From Actinomycetota bacterium (GTDB lineage: Bacteria; Actinomycetota; Actinomycetes; Nanopelagicales; Nanopelagicaceae): a stretch of 56,117 nucleotides of DNA. Shown here piece by piece: positions 54,301 through 56,117 of this stretch. A program made the position numbers and the translations under genes. The stretch is taken from NCBI GenBank assembly GCA_029978465.1, contig JAPOJK010000001.1, positions 1-56,117 of the forward strand, read 5' to 3'. The notes under the pieces are model-generated. The model was not told the DNA's origin and searched no databases. It saw nothing but the letters and a program-made list of their open reading frames with translations. Positions within the stretch are counted from its first letter, which is position 1; each line of letters opens with the position of its first letter.

Positions 54301-54803
54301 GCTTCCTTGTATGCACCCATGCGAAGTCTGGTTTGAATTTCACCGCCTGGACACCCAGTAGTTGCGATCAATCCTTTTGAATATGTTGCAAGAAGTTCGC
54401 GATCCATACGTGGCTTGTAGTAATAACCTTCAAGGGATGCAAGTGAGGACAATCTAAAAAGATTTCCTAGACCTTCATTGTTTTCCGCCAGAATTGTCAT
54501 GTGGGTATAAGCACCACCACCTGAAACATCATCCTCGCCACCATCTGCCCACTGCACCCGCTTCTTATCAAAACGAGATTCAGGTGCAACGTAGGCTTCA
54601 ATTCCGATGATTGGCTTTACATCAGCCTTCTTTGCCGCCTTATAAAACTCAAAAGCACCAAAGACATTGCCATGGTCGGTCATTGCAATGGCGGGCATGC
54701 CTTGTGCTTTGACCTCGGACATCAAATCGCCAACACGAGCGGCGCCATCGAGCATCGAGTACTCGGTATGGACGTGAAGGTGGACGAAATTGTCTTTAGA
54801 CAT
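51306..54803 (-). CDS. dnaE: DNA polymerase III alpha subunit (DnaE1)
   Basis: PHP domain HLHVHTEYS, GRGSAAGS, PDIDLDF, KMDFLGL, OB fold. Confidence 0.99.
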   Translation of the reverse strand: MSKDNFVHLHVHTEYSMLDGAARVGDLMSEVKAQGMPAIAMTDHGNVFGAFEFYKAAKKADVKPIIGIEAYVAPESRFDKKRVQWADGGEDDVSGGGAYTHMTILAENNEGLGNLFRLSSLASLEGYYYKPRMDRELLATYSKGLIATTGCPGGEIQTRLRMGAYKEAIKAASAYRDIFGKENFFLEVMDHGIEIEARVKADLMKLGKELGLPLLATNDLHYTRQEDAGAHEALLCVQSGSTLADPKRFKFDNDSFYVKTAAQMRELFKDIPESCDNTLLIAERCNITLREGENLLPQFEVPAGETEDSWLKKEAERGLKERLGARITPAHEERLKYELGVMEKMGFPGYFLVVADLVAHAKKVGIRVGPGRGSAAGSLVAYSLGITGLDPLEHGLLFERFLNPERISMPDIDLDFDERRRSEMIRYATNKYGEDRVAQIITYGTIKSKQAIKDSTRVLGYPYVVGEKLTKALPPSVMGKDISLSGVFDSKDDRYGEAGEFRSLYNSDPDSKRVVDTARGLEGLKRQWGVHAAGVILSREPLLDVIPIHRREADGAIITQFDMGACEATGLLKMDFLGLRNLSVLDDALLNIKANQGKDVVLEDLTLDDPKTYELLSRGDTLGVFQLDGGPMRALLRSMSPDSFEDISAVIALYRPGPMGENAHNNYADRKNGRKPVEPIHPELSEPLNEILGDTYGLIVYQEQVMAIAQKVAGFTLGRADLLRKAMGKKNKDILDKEYVPFEAGMKENGFSTAAIKRLWEVLIPFSDYAFNRAHSAGYGVVSYWTAYLKANYPTEYMAALLTSVRDDKDKSALYLSECRRMGIKVLPPDVNESDAEYTPRGVDIRFGLAAIRNVGEGVVASIKSARDSKGRYTSFGDFLAKVDAQVCNKKTIESLIKAGAFGSLGSTRKGLIAVHLEAIDSVIESKRAEAIGQFDLFGGEAVTAVSGLDIEVPTGEWDKAMLLSYEREMLGLYVSDHPLLGVEHVLRANTDMSISELTDDGAQHESIVTIGGLITSVTRKVSRQGASWAVVTVEDLEGSLEVLFFANTYNQYSMSLTEDRIVTIRGRVDRREDALRFTALEMSMPDISAGPTGPLVISLPIQQCTPPVVDRIKEILRSHPGKREVHLQLLDNGSSTVMKVDALITSSPSLSADLKSILGPNCLV

Positions 54804-54821
54804 GATTGGCGAGATTAGTGG

Positions 54822-55763
54822 TTACGGAAGAACGGCGTCGGAAAGCAACGCCAGGGAGCGTGTGAGATCGGCTGGATATGGGGCGTGGAAGTTGAGCGCC
54901 TCCCCCGTAACAGGGTGGGCGAAGCGAAGCTCGGCGGCATGCAGCCAAGGTCTGGACATCTGCAGACTCTTAGCCAAGACCGGATCTGCGCCATATGTAG
55001 TGTCACCAACTAATGGATGGTGCAACGCTGAAAAGTGAACACGAATCTGATGTGTGCGACCGGTTTCAAGTTCAATCTTGACCATTGATACACCACGATA
55101 AAACTCAATTACCTCGTAATGGGTAATTGATTCCTTGCCCGTGGCCATCACTGCAAAACGATGATCCTCTTTTGGGTGACGATCAATGGGTGCATCAATT
55201 GTTCCAGTTGTTGGATCCATATGACCTTGAACCATTGCATGATAAATCTTGTCAACGGTTCGATTTCTAAATGCATCCTTAAGATTATGAAAAGCTTTAT
55301 CGCTCTTAGCAACAATCATTAATCCACTGGTACCTACATCTAAGCGATGAACGATTCCTTGACGCTCTGCTGGACCAGAAGTTGAAATGGTGTAACCAGC
55401 TGCCATCAACGCACCAACAACGGTTGGACCTGTCCATCCTGGACTTGGGTGAGCTGCACATCCAATTGGTTTATCAATAACGACGATATCTTGATCATCA
55501 AAAACTATTGTTAAACCCTCAAGAGGTGTCAGTGGAATTGGATCTGTATTAATAGGTGCTGGCATCAGTACATCAATGATTTGTCCTGCGGTAACGCGAT
55601 CTGATTTCGGCATCGCTTTTCCACCGGTTGTGATGTCACCATCTTCAAGAAGTTTGACGACAGCGGTGCGTGATAATCCCAGTACACGTGTGAGTGCGCT
55701 ATCAATGCGCTCTCCCGCGACTCCTTCTGGCACCGATAAGGTGCGCAATTCGCGGTTACTCAT
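54822..55763 (-). CDS. RluA/RluD-family pseudouridine synthase with S4 domain
   Basis: S4 domain, IVHRLDVGTSG catalytic Asp, TGRTHQIRVH, LHA. Confidence 0.95.
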   Translation of the reverse strand: MSNRELRTLSVPEGVAGERIDSALTRVLGLSRTAVVKLLEDGDITTGGKAMPKSDRVTAGQIIDVLMPAPINTDPIPLTPLEGLTIVFDDQDIVVIDKPIGCAAHPSPGWTGPTVVGALMAAGYTISTSGPAERQGIVHRLDVGTSGLMIVAKSDKAFHNLKDAFRNRTVDKIYHAMVQGHMDPTTGTIDAPIDRHPKEDHRFAVMATGKESITHYEVIEFYRGVSMVKIELETGRTHQIRVHFSALHHPLVGDTTYGADPVLAKSLQMSRPWLHAAELRFAHPVTGEALNFHAPYPADLTRSLALLSDAVLP

Positions 55764-56117
55764 GGTTGTGAGCCTACCTTTGTTATGGGTGGGATATTTC
55801 TGGCGGTTAAGACCATCGCAATCACCGCGGCGGAAACTATTGCGGTGTCTGCGATGTTAAATACCGGCCAATTGGGCAGCTGCATCCAATCAATAACATG
55901 GCCACGTAATACGCCTGGTTCCCGGAATATTCGATCCACCATATTTCCGAGAATTCCACCGAGAACCAATCCCAAGACAACAGCCCATCCACGGGATGTG
56001 ATTTGAGGTGAGTAATACAAGATTGCGCTCATCACAATCAAACCAAAGATAGATAAGAAGATGGTTGCACCGGCAGCAAAGGAAAAGGCAGCACCAGAGT
56101 TACGCACAAAGGTTAAT
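55760..56117 (-). CDS. lspA: lipoprotein signal peptidase II (5' end lies beyond the window)
   Basis: RNSGAAFS, GNMVDR, VIDW, FNIAD; frame open to the window edge. Confidence 0.96.
   Translation of the reverse strand, partial: LTFVRNSGAAFSFAAGATIFLSIFGLIVMSAILYYSPQITSRGWAVVLGLVLGGILGNMVDRIFREPGVLRGHVIDWMQLPNWPVFNIADTAIVSAAVIAMVLTARNIPPITKVGSQP

Overview
Core (non-accessory) chromosome segment of a streamlined actinobacterium. GC looks like the high-40s % by eye, spacers are tiny and many start/stop codons overlap. Gene content and order resemble freshwater acI / Ca. Nanopelagicales such as Ca. Planktophila (inference). Order: tkt-tal-pgi (+), then mostly minus-strand rbpA, secG, tpiA-pgk-gap, whiA-yvcK-rapZ, an APH-like phosphotransferase, uvrC-uvrA-uvrB, coaE and rpsA. 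Next come an MFS transporter (+), polA, a PaaI thioesterase (+), a livKHMGF ABC operon, an ANTAR response regulator, tRNA-Leu(CAA), pyk, gltBD, VIT1, lgt, DsbA, MauE/DoxX, trpABC, a 56-aa gene missed by the ORF track, trpE, hisI-F-priA-H-B-C-D, dnaE, an RluD-like gene and partial lspA. I saw no mobile element, CRISPR array or defence island, and I cannot claim a clearly new system. The best leads are: (1) a candidate ANTAR-type RNA switch in the gltB leader, with an ANTAR regulator and a GlnR-like box at the liv promoter nearby; (2) a miniaturised trp-operon membrane protein; (3) a kinase coupled into the uvrC-rapZ-yvcK-whiA operon; (4) a MauE(CGC)-DsbA-Lgt module; (5) a terminator-like hairpin in the gap leader; (6) pervasive leaderless promoters. 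Several ORF-track starts were corrected by hand. All assignments come from motif recognition; no searches were run.
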